Positions 25,214-34,126 of a stretch of DNA of 64,000 nt are shown here, piece after piece; within the stretch, counting starts at the first letter, position 1, and each line of letters begins with the position of its first letter. The notes beneath the pieces were generated by a model. The model had not been told where the DNA came from and made no database searches. It saw only the letters and a program-made list of their open reading frames with translations. The position numbers and the translations under genes are program-made. The stretch is from a virus. The DNA lies in the IMG/VR virus record IMGVR_UViG_3300045988_150343. One strand, 5' to 3'.

Positions 25214-25595
25214 TGCGGTAATATTTTATTAAGTCCTGAAGGATAATTTCTACTTTATACCAGTCCTCTCTAAGAATAGCCTTCATAAGTAATACGAAAT
25301 CTGGGTATTTCTCTCCGTACATCTCTTGGTACTGTTCGAGAAACTCAGGATAATAACTTATAAAGCGTTGCTCTCTTTTAGAGGTTGGCGTTTGGTACTT
25401 CTTTGCAATAGAGAGAGCCTTATATAAATCCTGTATACCGCCCTTTTTAGGCCATCGGCAAACGTATTTAGAAATCTCTCCTTGTGCCCAAGTAACATTG
25501 AGTCTTCTAAACTCGTCCCAGGGCTGGATTTTGTTTTGGTAGTGGGTTCCCCCCACCTGTTGAACACTATTCATCATATTCCTCATTTTCTTCAT
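25206..25595 (-). CDS. DUF3310-like protein
   Basis: 129 aa. 'GGTHYQNKIQPWDEF...GEISKYVCRWPKKGG..DLYKA' matches the DUF3310 pattern GG.HY...i.p.d.i......gn.iKY..R...K....DL.KA. Confidence 0.6.
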   Translation of the reverse strand: MKKMRNMMNSVQQVGGTHYQNKIQPWDEFRRLNVTWAQGEISKYVCRWPKKGGIQDLYKALSIAKKYQTPTSKREQRFISYYPEFLEQYQEMYGEKYPDFVLLMKAILREDWYKVEIILQDLIKYYRNE

Positions 25596-26721
25596 CCTCA
25601 GCTGAGTCGTAGTTTTCGTATTCTACCCCATCAACAGGATAAAAGTTAGTACTTAGCTCTTCCAGTTTTCTTTTGGTTGAACCTATGGTGTTTATCTCGG
25701 CTCTTTTTAAGAGTTTTCTTCTGAGAGCATCATCCTCCTCGAGAAGTGCTTGGAATTTTTCCTCTCCTCTTGCAAGTGACTTCCCTTTATATTTATAAAC
25801 TCCTCCTGAACTCTTTTCGATGATATCGTTTTCAACTAATACATCCTCAAGAGCAAAACAACGGTCAAAACCTACCTCATGAAACTTAGGGTTAAAGTAA
25901 ACCGGGCATTTTGATAAAGTTGGTCTTGGTGGAGCTACCTTGTTTTTGATAACTCTGATGGTTACTAATTTACCAGATTTACGTTCTTTACCTTTTTGTT
26001 TGATTGTAAGAGTTCTACCAGCATAGAAAGCAAGTCTCTGAGAGGCATAGAATTTAAGAGCAGCTCCTCCCGTAGTAGTAGTGTTATCCTTTCCAAAACC
26101 CACATTAAGAGCTGTTCTAAGCTGATTAATGTAAATTTGAGTTACTCCCAGTTTATAAAAGAGTTCATTGCGTATCCGGAAGTATTTATACAAAGCCTTA
26201 GCTCGTCCACCCATCTCAGCTTTACCCTCTATCATCTTGGCATCTATGTTATCTGCACAATCCATAGCAGCAACTGAATCTACTACCAGTAGTATGGGCT
26301 CGTTATGGGTTAATTGGGAACGGAGAAGAATTGCTAAATCAGCAACTATGTCTGCAACATACTCAATTCGGGTATCATTTACTAGAGTAACCTTTTCGGG
26401 GTCTACTCCATTAGTCTCTGCCCAAGAGTTCATCCAAGATTGTTCGGCATCCACCCATATTACATGGCCTCCAAGTTGTTGAGTAGCATAAGCGAAGTCG
26501 TAAGCAATTAGAGACTTGCCCGAGGATTCTTCTCCGGCTACTTCCAGGATTTTCCCATAGGGTATACCTCCACCCAAAGTGTAATTAAGAGCAAGGAATT
26601 TGGATGGGAGCCATAAACCAGTCTCCTTACTGGTTGAGGCTTTTTGAATAAGGTTCCCATATTTTCTGAGAAGCTCGTTCTGTGTTGGTACCTTAATACC
26701 TATTTTAGATTTCTTTGCCAT
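25567..26721 (-). CDS. RecA/UvsX-family recombinase
   Basis: Walker A 'GEESSGKS' within 'GGGIPYGKILEVAGEESSGKSLIA', Walker B-like 'LLVVDSVAAM', and an acidic C-terminal tail. The start is set at the ATG at 26721, because the track start at 26754 is a TTG. Confidence 0.85.
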   Translation of the reverse strand: MAKKSKIGIKVPTQNELLRKYGNLIQKASTSKETGLWLPSKFLALNYTLGGGIPYGKILEVAGEESSGKSLIAYDFAYATQQLGGHVIWVDAEQSWMNSWAETNGVDPEKVTLVNDTRIEYVADIVADLAILLRSQLTHNEPILLVVDSVAAMDCADNIDAKMIEGKAEMGGRAKALYKYFRIRNELFYKLGVTQIYINQLRTALNVGFGKDNTTTTGGAALKFYASQRLAFYAGRTLTIKQKGKERKSGKLVTIRVIKNKVAPPRPTLSKCPVYFNPKFHEVGFDRCFALEDVLVENDIIEKSSGGVYKYKGKSLARGEEKFQALLEEDDALRRKLLKRAEINTIGSTKRKLEELSTNFYPVDGVEYENYDSAEDEENEEYDE

Positions 26722-26802
26722 AGTGTATTTATATACAAGAAAGGGAGATACCAAGGTTAGTAGCCTTTGAATATCTCCCTCGGGGTTTCATAATAGTTAT
26801 AC

Positions 26803-27591
26803 TTAAATGTCAGTAGCTTTTTTCTTTTTCTTCTTTGATACCACCTTGTCGGATGATAAGGATGACTTCTTCTTTTTAGGACGGGGTTCATCTTCATCCT
26901 CCTCCTCTGATGATTCATTAAGATAACTCTTGAGTATTTCTTCGAGTTCATCATAGGATTTGATTTGAGCCCTTACCATTTTCTCAAGTTCTACAGGCTT
27001 AGTATACTTCTTGTCTAGTTGAGTTGGTTTGCAGTTCATTACCGAATAAGTGGTATCAAATTGACCCTTACCTGTACGGGTAATCTTAATATCATAACCC
27101 GTTTTTGGATCGGTCATATCACCAGCCTCATCTTCATCGAGATAGAGATTGATGATATCCTGATATACTTGAGCAGTTACCAGGATTACTCTATCCTGAC
27201 CATCATATCCGATGTGTTTACCTTTCTCATCATCATAAACCAGTCCGCCTACTACATATCGGCGTTTAGGAATAAGTTTTTTTGCCAGTTCTTTATCATC
27301 CGGATCAGATGAATTATGGAGTTCCTGATACTTCTCCATAATTGGACAGGGTTCTCCAAAAGTCTGGGGAGAATATACCGAACCGATGTTCGGACCAAGA
27401 TAAAACTGAATTAATTCAAGGCCAAGTTCTTCGTCCTCTCCAGGACTTTTAATCCTAATACGGGTTACACCTTCTTTACAGAAGATAAAACCAGAGTTTT
27501 TACCTTTCTCTTCTAGTTTCTTCTTTCTAGCCAGCATCTTCTCCTTAGTGGTCATACCAGTAGAAGATAGCTTTTTCTTTTTTTCTTTCAT
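26803..27591 (-). CDS. putative single-stranded-DNA-binding protein
   Basis: 262 aa. Basic N-terminus, acidic C-terminal segment 'SSEEEDEDE', and 'DPKTGYDIKITRTGKGQFDTTYSV', which is typical of phage SSB OB-fold ends. Sits next to the recombinase. Confidence 0.55.
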   Translation of the reverse strand: MKEKKKKLSSTGMTTKEKMLARKKKLEEKGKNSGFIFCKEGVTRIRIKSPGEDEELGLELIQFYLGPNIGSVYSPQTFGEPCPIMEKYQELHNSSDPDDKELAKKLIPKRRYVVGGLVYDDEKGKHIGYDGQDRVILVTAQVYQDIINLYLDEDEAGDMTDPKTGYDIKITRTGKGQFDTTYSVMNCKPTQLDKKYTKPVELEKMVRAQIKSYDELEEILKSYLNESSEEEDEDEPRPKKKKSSLSSDKVVSKKKKKKATDI

Positions 27592-27599
27592 ATAATATA

Positions 27600-27977
27600 T
27601 TAGTTATTGGTTTCTATGTAAACTATCTCAGATTCTGAAAGAATCGTAAACTTATAGTCCTTGAGATTTATGAACGGCAGAGTGTCTTCATCAAAGTTGA
27701 CCTCTTTTCCGGCATACATACCATAAGTAACGATTGTACCAACCATAAGTTGTTCCTTCGGGAAAAGTTCCAAATTATTACTTTGAATAATAACGCCTTT
27801 TCGAGGAAGGTCTTTTTCATTAATTACTGAAGATAGAATTATGCCACTCTGAGTGGTAATCTCTCCCGAAGGAGTACAGATAAGGACCTTTCCGGGAGAA
27901 GGGAGACCCTTACCTTTAAGTACCCTAGCTATTTGTTTAGCTAAGCATACTGGGATTTGTCTGTTAGGAAGATTCAT
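27600..27977 (-). CDS. GroES-like co-chaperonin (T4 gp31 analog)
   Basis: 125 aa. It aligns by eye to GroES: 'GKVLICTPSGEITTQSGIILS' vs '[21 protein letters not shown]', 'VGTIVTYGMYAG' vs 'VGDIVIFNDGYG', and 'ILSESEIVYI' vs 'IMSESDILAI'. Confidence 0.6.
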   Translation of the reverse strand: MNLPNRQIPVCLAKQIARVLKGKGLPSPGKVLICTPSGEITTQSGIILSSVINEKDLPRKGVIIQSNNLELFPKEQLMVGTIVTYGMYAGKEVNFDEDTLPFINLKDYKFTILSESEIVYIETNN

Positions 27978-28011
27978 TGTATCAACTTATTTAGTTTATA
28001 TTTAAAAATAG

Positions 28012-28428
28012 TTATCCTTTTCTCAGGTTCGCATTCAAAGAACGGAGTATAGCTTCTCGGTTTTCATAAGCTCTACAGATGGCTATGAATTGATTTGCCT
28101 TATCCACAGCCTTGAGATATCGAGTGTATATTTGCCCATATTTTTTATGGGAATTAACCCTATGAGAAACATATTCATTTGACCACCTCTCATTAGCTTC
28201 CTTGAAATATATCCAGAGCTCAGAATAGGTAGCATCTTTTTCTCTTTCTAGCATATCCCGTCTTTTTATATATTTATCTCTCAGAGAGCATAGTATATAA
28301 TAACTAGAGGGAGAAGCTTTAAGCTGGGAATTGATTAAATTCTCAGATATGCTTAGTTCTTTTTGAAGGTTTATTTCTAAGGTTCTACCTTGGAACTTTA
28401 CCTTCAGGTTGTTAATCTCGGTTTTCAT
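28012..28428 (-). CDS. hypothetical protein, possible UvsY-like recombination mediator
   Basis: 138 aa (T4 UvsY is 137 aa), helical and basic, located in the recombination cluster. The similarity rests only on size, context and pattern. Confidence 0.5.
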   Translation of the reverse strand: MKTEINNLKVKFQGRTLEINLQKELSISENLINSQLKASPSSYYILCSLRDKYIKRRDMLEREKDATYSELWIYFKEANERWSNEYVSHRVNSHKKYGQIYTRYLKAVDKANQFIAICRAYENREAILRSLNANLRKG

Positions 28429-28682
28429 CCGTGCATAATACTTTGATAGGGTTTGTTGTGGGTATGGGTTATAAAATAATCACTGGGTATTAAAAATCCA
28501 CAGATAACGCAGGGTAACCCCTTAGGGGCTAATGTATCACGAAAATACTGCAACTTGCTTACAGGGATGTAATTATTATGTTTACATCTCGGGCAGGTTG
28601 CAGTAATATTATCAGGTATGTTCTTGGATGAACTGTTGCTCATATTGCTTAATCTCTTTACTGAAAACTTTTGGGTATTCAC
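28425..28682 (-). CDS. small zinc-ribbon protein
   Basis: 85 aa. 'CPRCKH...(20 aa)...CVICG' forms a four-Cys ribbon. Overlaps the 3' end of the polymerase gene by ~70 nt. Confidence 0.45.
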   Translation of the reverse strand: MNTQKFSVKRLSNMSNSSSKNIPDNITATCPRCKHNNYIPVSKLQYFRDTLAPKGLPCVICGFLIPSDYFITHTHNKPYQSIMHG

Positions 28683-31600
28683 TAATATCTAAACTCTTGT
28701 ATTTCCTATGCTCTTCCATATATTCCTCTACTGAAAAATTTGGTTCAAGCATTTTTCTATAGTCATATAGAGGTATGAAAGGTAGTTCCTCTGCCATGGT
28801 CCTCCCGATAGAAAAGTCCATAGACATATTAACATCATCTATCTGAAAGCCAAAGTAATGTTTAGTACTTGGGTTCCTTAATATATTCCAGATAGTGTAT
28901 ACCGTCCATACATTTATGTACTGTGGTAGAGTATACTGATAAACAGAGTCATGTACTGTGCAGCATTCCTCCATCCGGGGAAGTTTACCTTGCCTCATTA
29001 ACCAATAAATGAGTACTGACCCAAAGTTAGTCATATTAGCTGCAGCTCCTTGACAATTACCGGTTATGATAGTTCGGTATCTTTTATCCTCCCCAATAAC
29101 TCGAGTAAAGAAAGCTCCAGAAGGTACTGTGGGACACCATACTTTACCCTCATAGGGTTCTTTAGATAAATTATTCTCCGAGTTATAAGAGTTTCGGGTA
29201 TTAACCGACTTACGGAAATTAGAGAACCTAACCCCATAACTTGTTTGGGTAGCCGTTATTGATTCTTGACCATATTTAGTTGGCTCTTTGAAGTAAGAGG
29301 TATCACCCTCATGAGATAACTCGAACATTGAGGAAGAGTTATTGCAGAGTACTGCAATAGCTTGTACAAGTTCAGCTTGGTCTCTTTTATTAGAAGCAAA
29401 TATACTCCACCCATCTCCTAATCTCAAACTAGTTAACAAGAGCTCTAACTGATTCTGAGGTAAGGAGGAGATAAACTTCATGTCCATCCTTTTGCCCGGT
29501 ACAATAGCATCTATCCTTTGTACAAAATCCTTGTCTAGGATAGTCCATACTTTGATATCACCGTGATGGGCTAAGTGTTCAGAGTACCTTACCCCTAAAC
29601 TTTGTATCAACTCATCTATGATGTCTACCTTTTCCTTATTTGATTTGATACTCTGAGTTATTCGGATATTACCTCTCCTCATCATATGACCATCAGTTAA
29701 ATACCAACCTATAAAAGATATCCAAGCATCAGGGTATATTTTAACATTAAGATTGTTATGTTCTGCTCTAATGGGTATAGCTAAACTCCTTCTAGAATTT
29801 AGTAACTCCTCAGAAGTTTTAATCCTTGTAGAAGTTAAGTCACTAATTCTTTTAGTAGAACTAACCACCCATCTATGGTCTGGAGTAGATAGTACGTCCA
29901 AATGTTTAGTCTTAAACCTTACCAATTCGCCCTTGTAATCAAAAATATTTACCGAGATTACTGGCTGCCACTCAGATTTACCTGTTTCTCTATTGAAGGC
30001 AAGTATTTCATCTCCACGTTCTAGCTCCTCATAATTAACCCAACCCTTAGTCTTACTTAATGCTTGAGATGTTGGAGTTAAACAGGGGAAATTAAGGCCA
30101 AGGCGTATGGCATAAGCCTGCTGTTCATGATCATCGCCCCATATCTCAGGAAGTCTTCTCTTTGTTCCGAACAACTGTCGATAATAACCGTGCTTACGAA
30201 GGAATCTCTCTTGTTTATCCTTAAATTTCTTGATTTTAGGATGTTCTTCAAAAAACTCATCCATAATCTGTTTAGCCTCATCCTTAGTAACTACAAGCCC
30301 CTCTTTTGGGTCTGATAGTTTCTCAGCAAGTAGGCCAGGACCAATACCATAAATAAGACCAAACGCAATCTGTTTAGCCTGTTTACGTCTACCTTTCCAT
30401 AATTTATAATCCGGATGTTGTTCATCATTATAAGCAGCAATCGCTTCAGCGGGATCAGCATGATACTTATTAATAGCAATGGCAAGGTGAGGATCAACCC
30501 CTTCTCTAAATGCCTTAAGATAGGTCTCATCTCCTGAAAGATGAGCCATCATTCTTAACTCAGCCTGAGAATAGTCATATGCCAAGTAAAGTCTTCCTTT
30601 TGGAGCTATAAGTTGCTTTTTAATATTGGGGTCTACAGAGGTTTTAGGTATCTGTTGTAGATTGGGTTCTGCAGATGAATATCTATTAGAGTCGGTACCT
30701 ATAATATTTATTCGCCCATGAAGACGAGAGTCAGATTGTACTTTCTCGTGCCAACCCAATATATAGGTCTTATACATCTTCTCTAAACCTCTAAGTTCAA
30801 GGAGTTTATCCAGAAAGATAGCTTTAGGAGAATTTGAGTTTTCAACAGTTAGCCTTAACTTAATCAGGGTTTCCTCATCTGTACTTATCCCCCCAGAATC
30901 CGTGTTTTTTATAACAGGGAACTTAAACCCTTTTGGGTGAGTAAACATAAGTAGAGGGAGAGTTACATTGGAATTAAGGTTGGGAGGATCTAGTAATGCT
31001 AACTCAGTCTTGGTCGTAAATACTCCAGCCCGTATATTTGCTATCTTCTGCTCCCTCAAGGCAATCTTTCTAGCATTCTTTGGGTCACTGTAGTCCATTT
31101 CATCCAATTCATCCTGAATCTTTTGAAGATAAGTATCTATCTTCTCTTGAGCTAATAGTTTGGAGAACTTAACTACTCGGGGGAGTGACATAACAGTTTC
31201 CCTAGCAGCATCTATCTTTTCCTTGTAGGAGTGTAGAAGTTCCTCATTGAACTGGGTATCTATGTATAAACCACATTTTTCAAGGGAAGTTAGTACTCTT
31301 GAGCCAGTAGCAAATAGGTTACGGTAAGTATTATACATACCTATATCCATAAGCTTTTTCTCGAAGAACATACAAAGTCTGAGAGTATAGTCGGTATCCT
31401 GACAACCATAAAAACAAAGCGGTACGAGTTCCTTTCTATCCCAGGGTATCTTGTCGAATTGTTCTGCCTTTTCATAATCTCCCATACTTGGGAGGTATCT
31501 TCTAACCATTTCCTTTAGACCGTGAGGTTTCTCCTCGTTCAGCAAGTATTTCATTATCATGCCGTCTAATAGAGCTCCTCGATAAAATATCTTAAATAGA

Positions 31601-31947
31601 TGTTCCCATATCTGACCATCAAACTTAAAGTTCCAAGCACATTTAGTGATATTGGGGTTTTCTATGAGTTGATGACCTATCCATTTGAGAGCTTTAAGCC
31701 TTTGTTTTCGGGGAAATTGTATACCCTTTGAAGCATAATACTCATCAGCTTGGAAATGGTCAAGAGGTATAGCACAACCAAACCCAGGCATAAAGGATAC
31801 CGATAGGATAGTTACCCTAAAGGTATCTTTATATATAGGCTCTGCATTCGTCTCAAAGTCGTTGCAGCAATAACCCATTTTCTTACAGGCTTTTATAAGC
31901 TGTTTAACCTCTTTTAGTGAGCTTAATATTTTATATCTTGTTTCCAT
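28612..31947 (-). CDS. polA: family-A DNA polymerase with 3'-5' exonuclease domain, interrupted by an intein
   Basis: 1111 aa. Exo motifs 'NDFET', 'NFKFD' and 'YGCQDTD'. Pol motif A is 'LAYDYSQAELRMMAHLSGD', motif B is 'RRKQAKQIAFGLIYG' and motif C is 'VHDS'. The 'RLGLNFP|..|CQGAAANM' junction flanks a 343-aa insert. Confidence 0.95.
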   Translation of the reverse strand: METRYKILSSLKEVKQLIKACKKMGYCCNDFETNAEPIYKDTFRVTILSVSFMPGFGCAIPLDHFQADEYYASKGIQFPRKQRLKALKWIGHQLIENPNITKCAWNFKFDGQIWEHLFKIFYRGALLDGMIMKYLLNEEKPHGLKEMVRRYLPSMGDYEKAEQFDKIPWDRKELVPLCFYGCQDTDYTLRLCMFFEKKLMDIGMYNTYRNLFATGSRVLTSLEKCGLYIDTQFNEELLHSYKEKIDAARETVMSLPRVVKFSKLLAQEKIDTYLQKIQDELDEMDYSDPKNARKIALREQKIANIRAGVFTTKTELALLDPPNLNSNVTLPLLMFTHPKGFKFPVIKNTDSGGISTDEETLIKLRLTVENSNSPKAIFLDKLLELRGLEKMYKTYILGWHEKVQSDSRLHGRINIIGTDSNRYSSAEPNLQQIPKTSVDPNIKKQLIAPKGRLYLAYDYSQAELRMMAHLSGDETYLKAFREGVDPHLAIAINKYHADPAEAIAAYNDEQHPDYKLWKGRRKQAKQIAFGLIYGIGPGLLAEKLSDPKEGLVVTKDEAKQIMDEFFEEHPKIKKFKDKQERFLRKHGYYRQLFGTKRRLPEIWGDDHEQQAYAIRLGLNFPCLTPTSQALSKTKGWVNYEELERGDEILAFNRETGKSEWQPVISVNIFDYKGELVRFKTKHLDVLSTPDHRWVVSSTKRISDLTSTRIKTSEELLNSRRSLAIPIRAEHNNLNVKIYPDAWISFIGWYLTDGHMMRRGNIRITQSIKSNKEKVDIIDELIQSLGVRYSEHLAHHGDIKVWTILDKDFVQRIDAIVPGKRMDMKFISSLPQNQLELLLTSLRLGDGWSIFASNKRDQAELVQAIAVLCNNSSSMFELSHEGDTSYFKEPTKYGQESITATQTSYGVRFSNFRKSVNTRNSYNSENNLSKEPYEGKVWCPTVPSGAFFTRVIGEDKRYRTIITGNCQGAAANMTNFGSVLIYWLMRQGKLPRMEECCTVHDSVYQYTLPQYINVWTVYTIWNILRNPSTKHYFGFQIDDVNMSMDFSIGRTMAEELPFIPLYDYRKMLEPNFSVEEYMEEHRKYKSLDISEYPKVFSKEIKQYEQQFIQEHT
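29056..30084 (-). mobile_element. intein (Hint domain plus LAGLIDADG homing-endonuclease domain) inside the polymerase
   Basis: 343 codons, in frame. The N-terminus is 'CLTPTSQAL' (block A Cys), block B is 'STPDH' (TxxH), and the LAGLIDADG-like motifs are 'FIGWYLTDGHM' and 'LTSLRLGDGWS'. The C-terminus '..TIITGN' is followed by the +1 Cys of 'CQGAAANM'. Removing the insert restores the conserved Pol A 'NFP-(C)QG.AA' motif. Confidence 0.85.
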
Positions 31948-32021
31948 ATAATAACATAGTAAGAGGAGACACCCAAAGAGTATTGGATATCTCCTCTTAT
32001 ATTCATACTGAGTATGGGGGT

Positions 32022-32867
32022 TTAAATTTTATTCTTGAGTACGTCATCTATGTTGGATTTAAGGAATACCCAATCCTTTTTATAGGCATGAAGAGAATCA
32101 ATGGTGTGATAGAGATAACCCACTTCTACCGCATCTTCATCAGATTTTTTGTATCTATTTATGAGTTCAACCATATATTCCATGAGTTTCCAGGCCAAGT
32201 ATACATCATTACCAAAATGCTGAACAAAGTCAGAACTTCTTTGATGATAACAGATGTTCAGTTTACCATTACGGAGAAGGAAGTCGAAGTACATAGAGCA
32301 GGGAATGCGATGTGCACCATCCATGAAGTCTATGTCCCTTTCAATGGTATAGCCATTAGGACATCCGTGACCTTCCTCGTCGTGATTGTAACGAGTATAG
32401 GTTCCATAGATTGGGAGAATTGCTTTGCGAGTATCGGGGTCTTCTGCCAGTTGGATAGCTATTGCCTCGATGAGTTTGTGGATACCCCCCTTATAGGTTA
32501 CTGCCTGATTGATGCGTTCACCATAGGAGTAGTCGAAACGGAGGAGACCCTCTCCATCCTGAACCAGGAATTCCTCCCACATTTCAGGACGAAGTTTATA
32601 TGCAGAACCAGGGTTTATTTCGCCTTTGATGCGTTCTGCAAATTCAGCCTCAGCCCAGGCTTTATCTTTGGTGAATGCGAACAGATACTGAACTTCATCG
32701 AGAGAAGTTAAGCAGTACTGCTCACATATTAATTCTTTAGTTACAAAGTCATCATTACCTTCAATGTTCTTGTTTTGATAGGTCTTGGGTTTAACTTCTT
32801 TGCCCATTTCCCAGAGGTCTCTGCCCATTTCAGACATGAGCTCTTCGCAGTTTTCGTATATTCTCAT
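32022..32867 (-). CDS. thymidylate synthase / deoxypyrimidine C5-hydroxymethylase family enzyme (divergent)
   Basis: 281 aa. The catalytic-Cys segment 'RIPCSMYFDFLL' compares with ThyA 'LAPCHAFFQFYV'. 'YHQRSSDFVQHFGNDVYLAW' compares with ThyA 'YQRSCDVFLGLPFNIASY' and T4 gp42 'MRSNDVVFGFRNDYAW'. 'SLHAY' compares with 'THLY'. Confidence 0.7.
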   Translation of the reverse strand: MRIYENCEELMSEMGRDLWEMGKEVKPKTYQNKNIEGNDDFVTKELICEQYCLTSLDEVQYLFAFTKDKAWAEAEFAERIKGEINPGSAYKLRPEMWEEFLVQDGEGLLRFDYSYGERINQAVTYKGGIHKLIEAIAIQLAEDPDTRKAILPIYGTYTRYNHDEEGHGCPNGYTIERDIDFMDGAHRIPCSMYFDFLLRNGKLNICYHQRSSDFVQHFGNDVYLAWKLMEYMVELINRYKKSDEDAVEVGYLYHTIDSLHAYKKDWVFLKSNIDDVLKNKI

Positions 32868-32871
32868 TGTT

Positions 32872-33213
32872 CTAAGAATTTAATTTGAGATATTGTTGAT
32901 TAATTATGGGATATAATAGTTTAGCTGCTTCTATAGGTGTAACCGGCTTAAATCGGGGTTCATTTGAATAGGGTTTATTTTCTAAGAACATACCCATAGG
33001 CCTAGCCCAAGTTTGAGTTGGATGGAAGTCCTCTAACTCGGGTACATATTCCTTGTACAGGTAAAGAGTTTCTCCAGTCTCTGAATGTATAGCTTCTCCT
33101 ACCTTAGCTACAAGCTTACCCTTAAAGTGTACATATAAGTTACCCCAATCTTTAAGCCACTTTTCAATTTGATAGAGGGGTACTTCGTCTAACTTATTTA
33201 CGAACTCCATCAT
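32872..33213 (-). CDS. DUF1653-like protein
   Basis: 113 aa. 'YVHFKGKLVAKVGEAIHSETGETLYLYKEY...WARPMGMF' matches the DUF1653 pattern Y.H.KG..Y.v...a.hsEt.e..V.Y.......w.RP..mF. Confidence 0.55.
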   Translation of the reverse strand: MMEFVNKLDEVPLYQIEKWLKDWGNLYVHFKGKLVAKVGEAIHSETGETLYLYKEYVPELEDFHPTQTWARPMGMFLENKPYSNEPRFKPVTPIEAAKLLYPIINQQYLKLNS

Positions 33214-34126
33214 TAGCCTCCTTTCTTAGTTTTGCTAAATACTTTTGCTTGTACTTTCTCCTCTGAGAATAAGATATGCACTCTTCTGGGTATTCTATAT
33301 CTTCATCCTCGATAGTTAAGTCTTTTGCCAGTAGAGGTTTATAAGGATAATTATCTCTTCGGATAACCTTATAAGATCTGAAAAATACCTTGAAACGAGA
33401 AAATTCGCTTTCAGGACCATTCATGAATTTCTTGAATATCTCCATTACCCTTTGATACCAAGGGTTACTCTTATCCATACCTTTCATAACCTTTTTAATG
33501 GATTTATAGGTATTATACATGAGCAATGTTTCAACATTGCCATACATCTGACAAGCAAAGATATTAATCTGAACTGGCTGGTCGGGCCCATATACGTATT
33601 CAGCCATCCTTTGAACAAGTAGAAGGTCAAAAGCCAGCCTCTTAGTAACCTCGGATGCTCTTAAGTGTATGGTGATTACTGGGGTATCCTGCTGGAACCT
33701 TTTAGAGAAAGTAGCCGTTAGTAGGCATTGCTTACCATTATCATGGGTGTTATGAAATACGTAGGGTAAATTATAATTCTGGTTATACTTCTGCTTCATA
33801 CAACGGATTCGGCTTCTAAGTAAGTCTAACTTATTGAAGTCGATATAATTGTTAAGCAGAGTAGTCCACTTACTATCCGTGTAATTAAAGTACTTACCGA
33901 AATCAAATTCGGGGTCCATCCATGCCCTCTTTATTCTAACGAAGATGTTATAAGATACAGATACACCTGAATTAGCCGTACCTCCCTGATCGAATAAAGA
34001 AGGGTCGAGACGAATAAATGCCTCATTTATACCTTCCCAAGCCTGTTGAGAAGTATGGAACTCGAGATGATGGCATGTTTCATCCGTGTTCATCTCGAGC
34101 CCCAAGGGTTTATTCCATCCTGCCAT
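33194..34126 (-). CDS. hypothetical protein (possibly a second, very divergent TS-fold protein)
   Basis: 310-aa ORF embedded in the nucleotide-metabolism cluster. 'QCLLTATFS...ITIHLRASEVTKRLAFDLLL' only loosely parallels the C..F...L...RS.D pattern, so the function is unknown. Confidence 0.6.
   Translation of the reverse strand: MAGWNKPLGLEMNTDETCHHLEFHTSQQAWEGINEAFIRLDPSLFDQGGTANSGVSVSYNIFVRIKRAWMDPEFDFGKYFNYTDSKWTTLLNNYIDFNKLDLLRSRIRCMKQKYNQNYNLPYVFHNTHDNGKQCLLTATFSKRFQQDTPVITIHLRASEVTKRLAFDLLLVQRMAEYVYGPDQPVQINIFACQMYGNVETLLMYNTYKSIKKVMKGMDKSNPWYQRVMEIFKKFMNGPESEFSRFKVFFRSYKVIRRDNYPYKPLLAKDLTIEDEDIEYPEECISYSQRRKYKQKYLAKLRKEANDGVRK

Noticed and set aside
31917-32711. A 264-aa plus-strand ORF antisense to the TS/hydroxymethylase-family gene.
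   Set aside because: It lies entirely inside (antisense to) a minus-strand gene with clear catalytic motifs. It has no recognisable motif and an odd composition, and it would be the only such plus-strand gene in a minus-strand operon. The same reasoning applies to the other antisense track ORFs, for example 59252..59794, 10449..10868, 12433..12915, 44924..45265 and 52318..52985.
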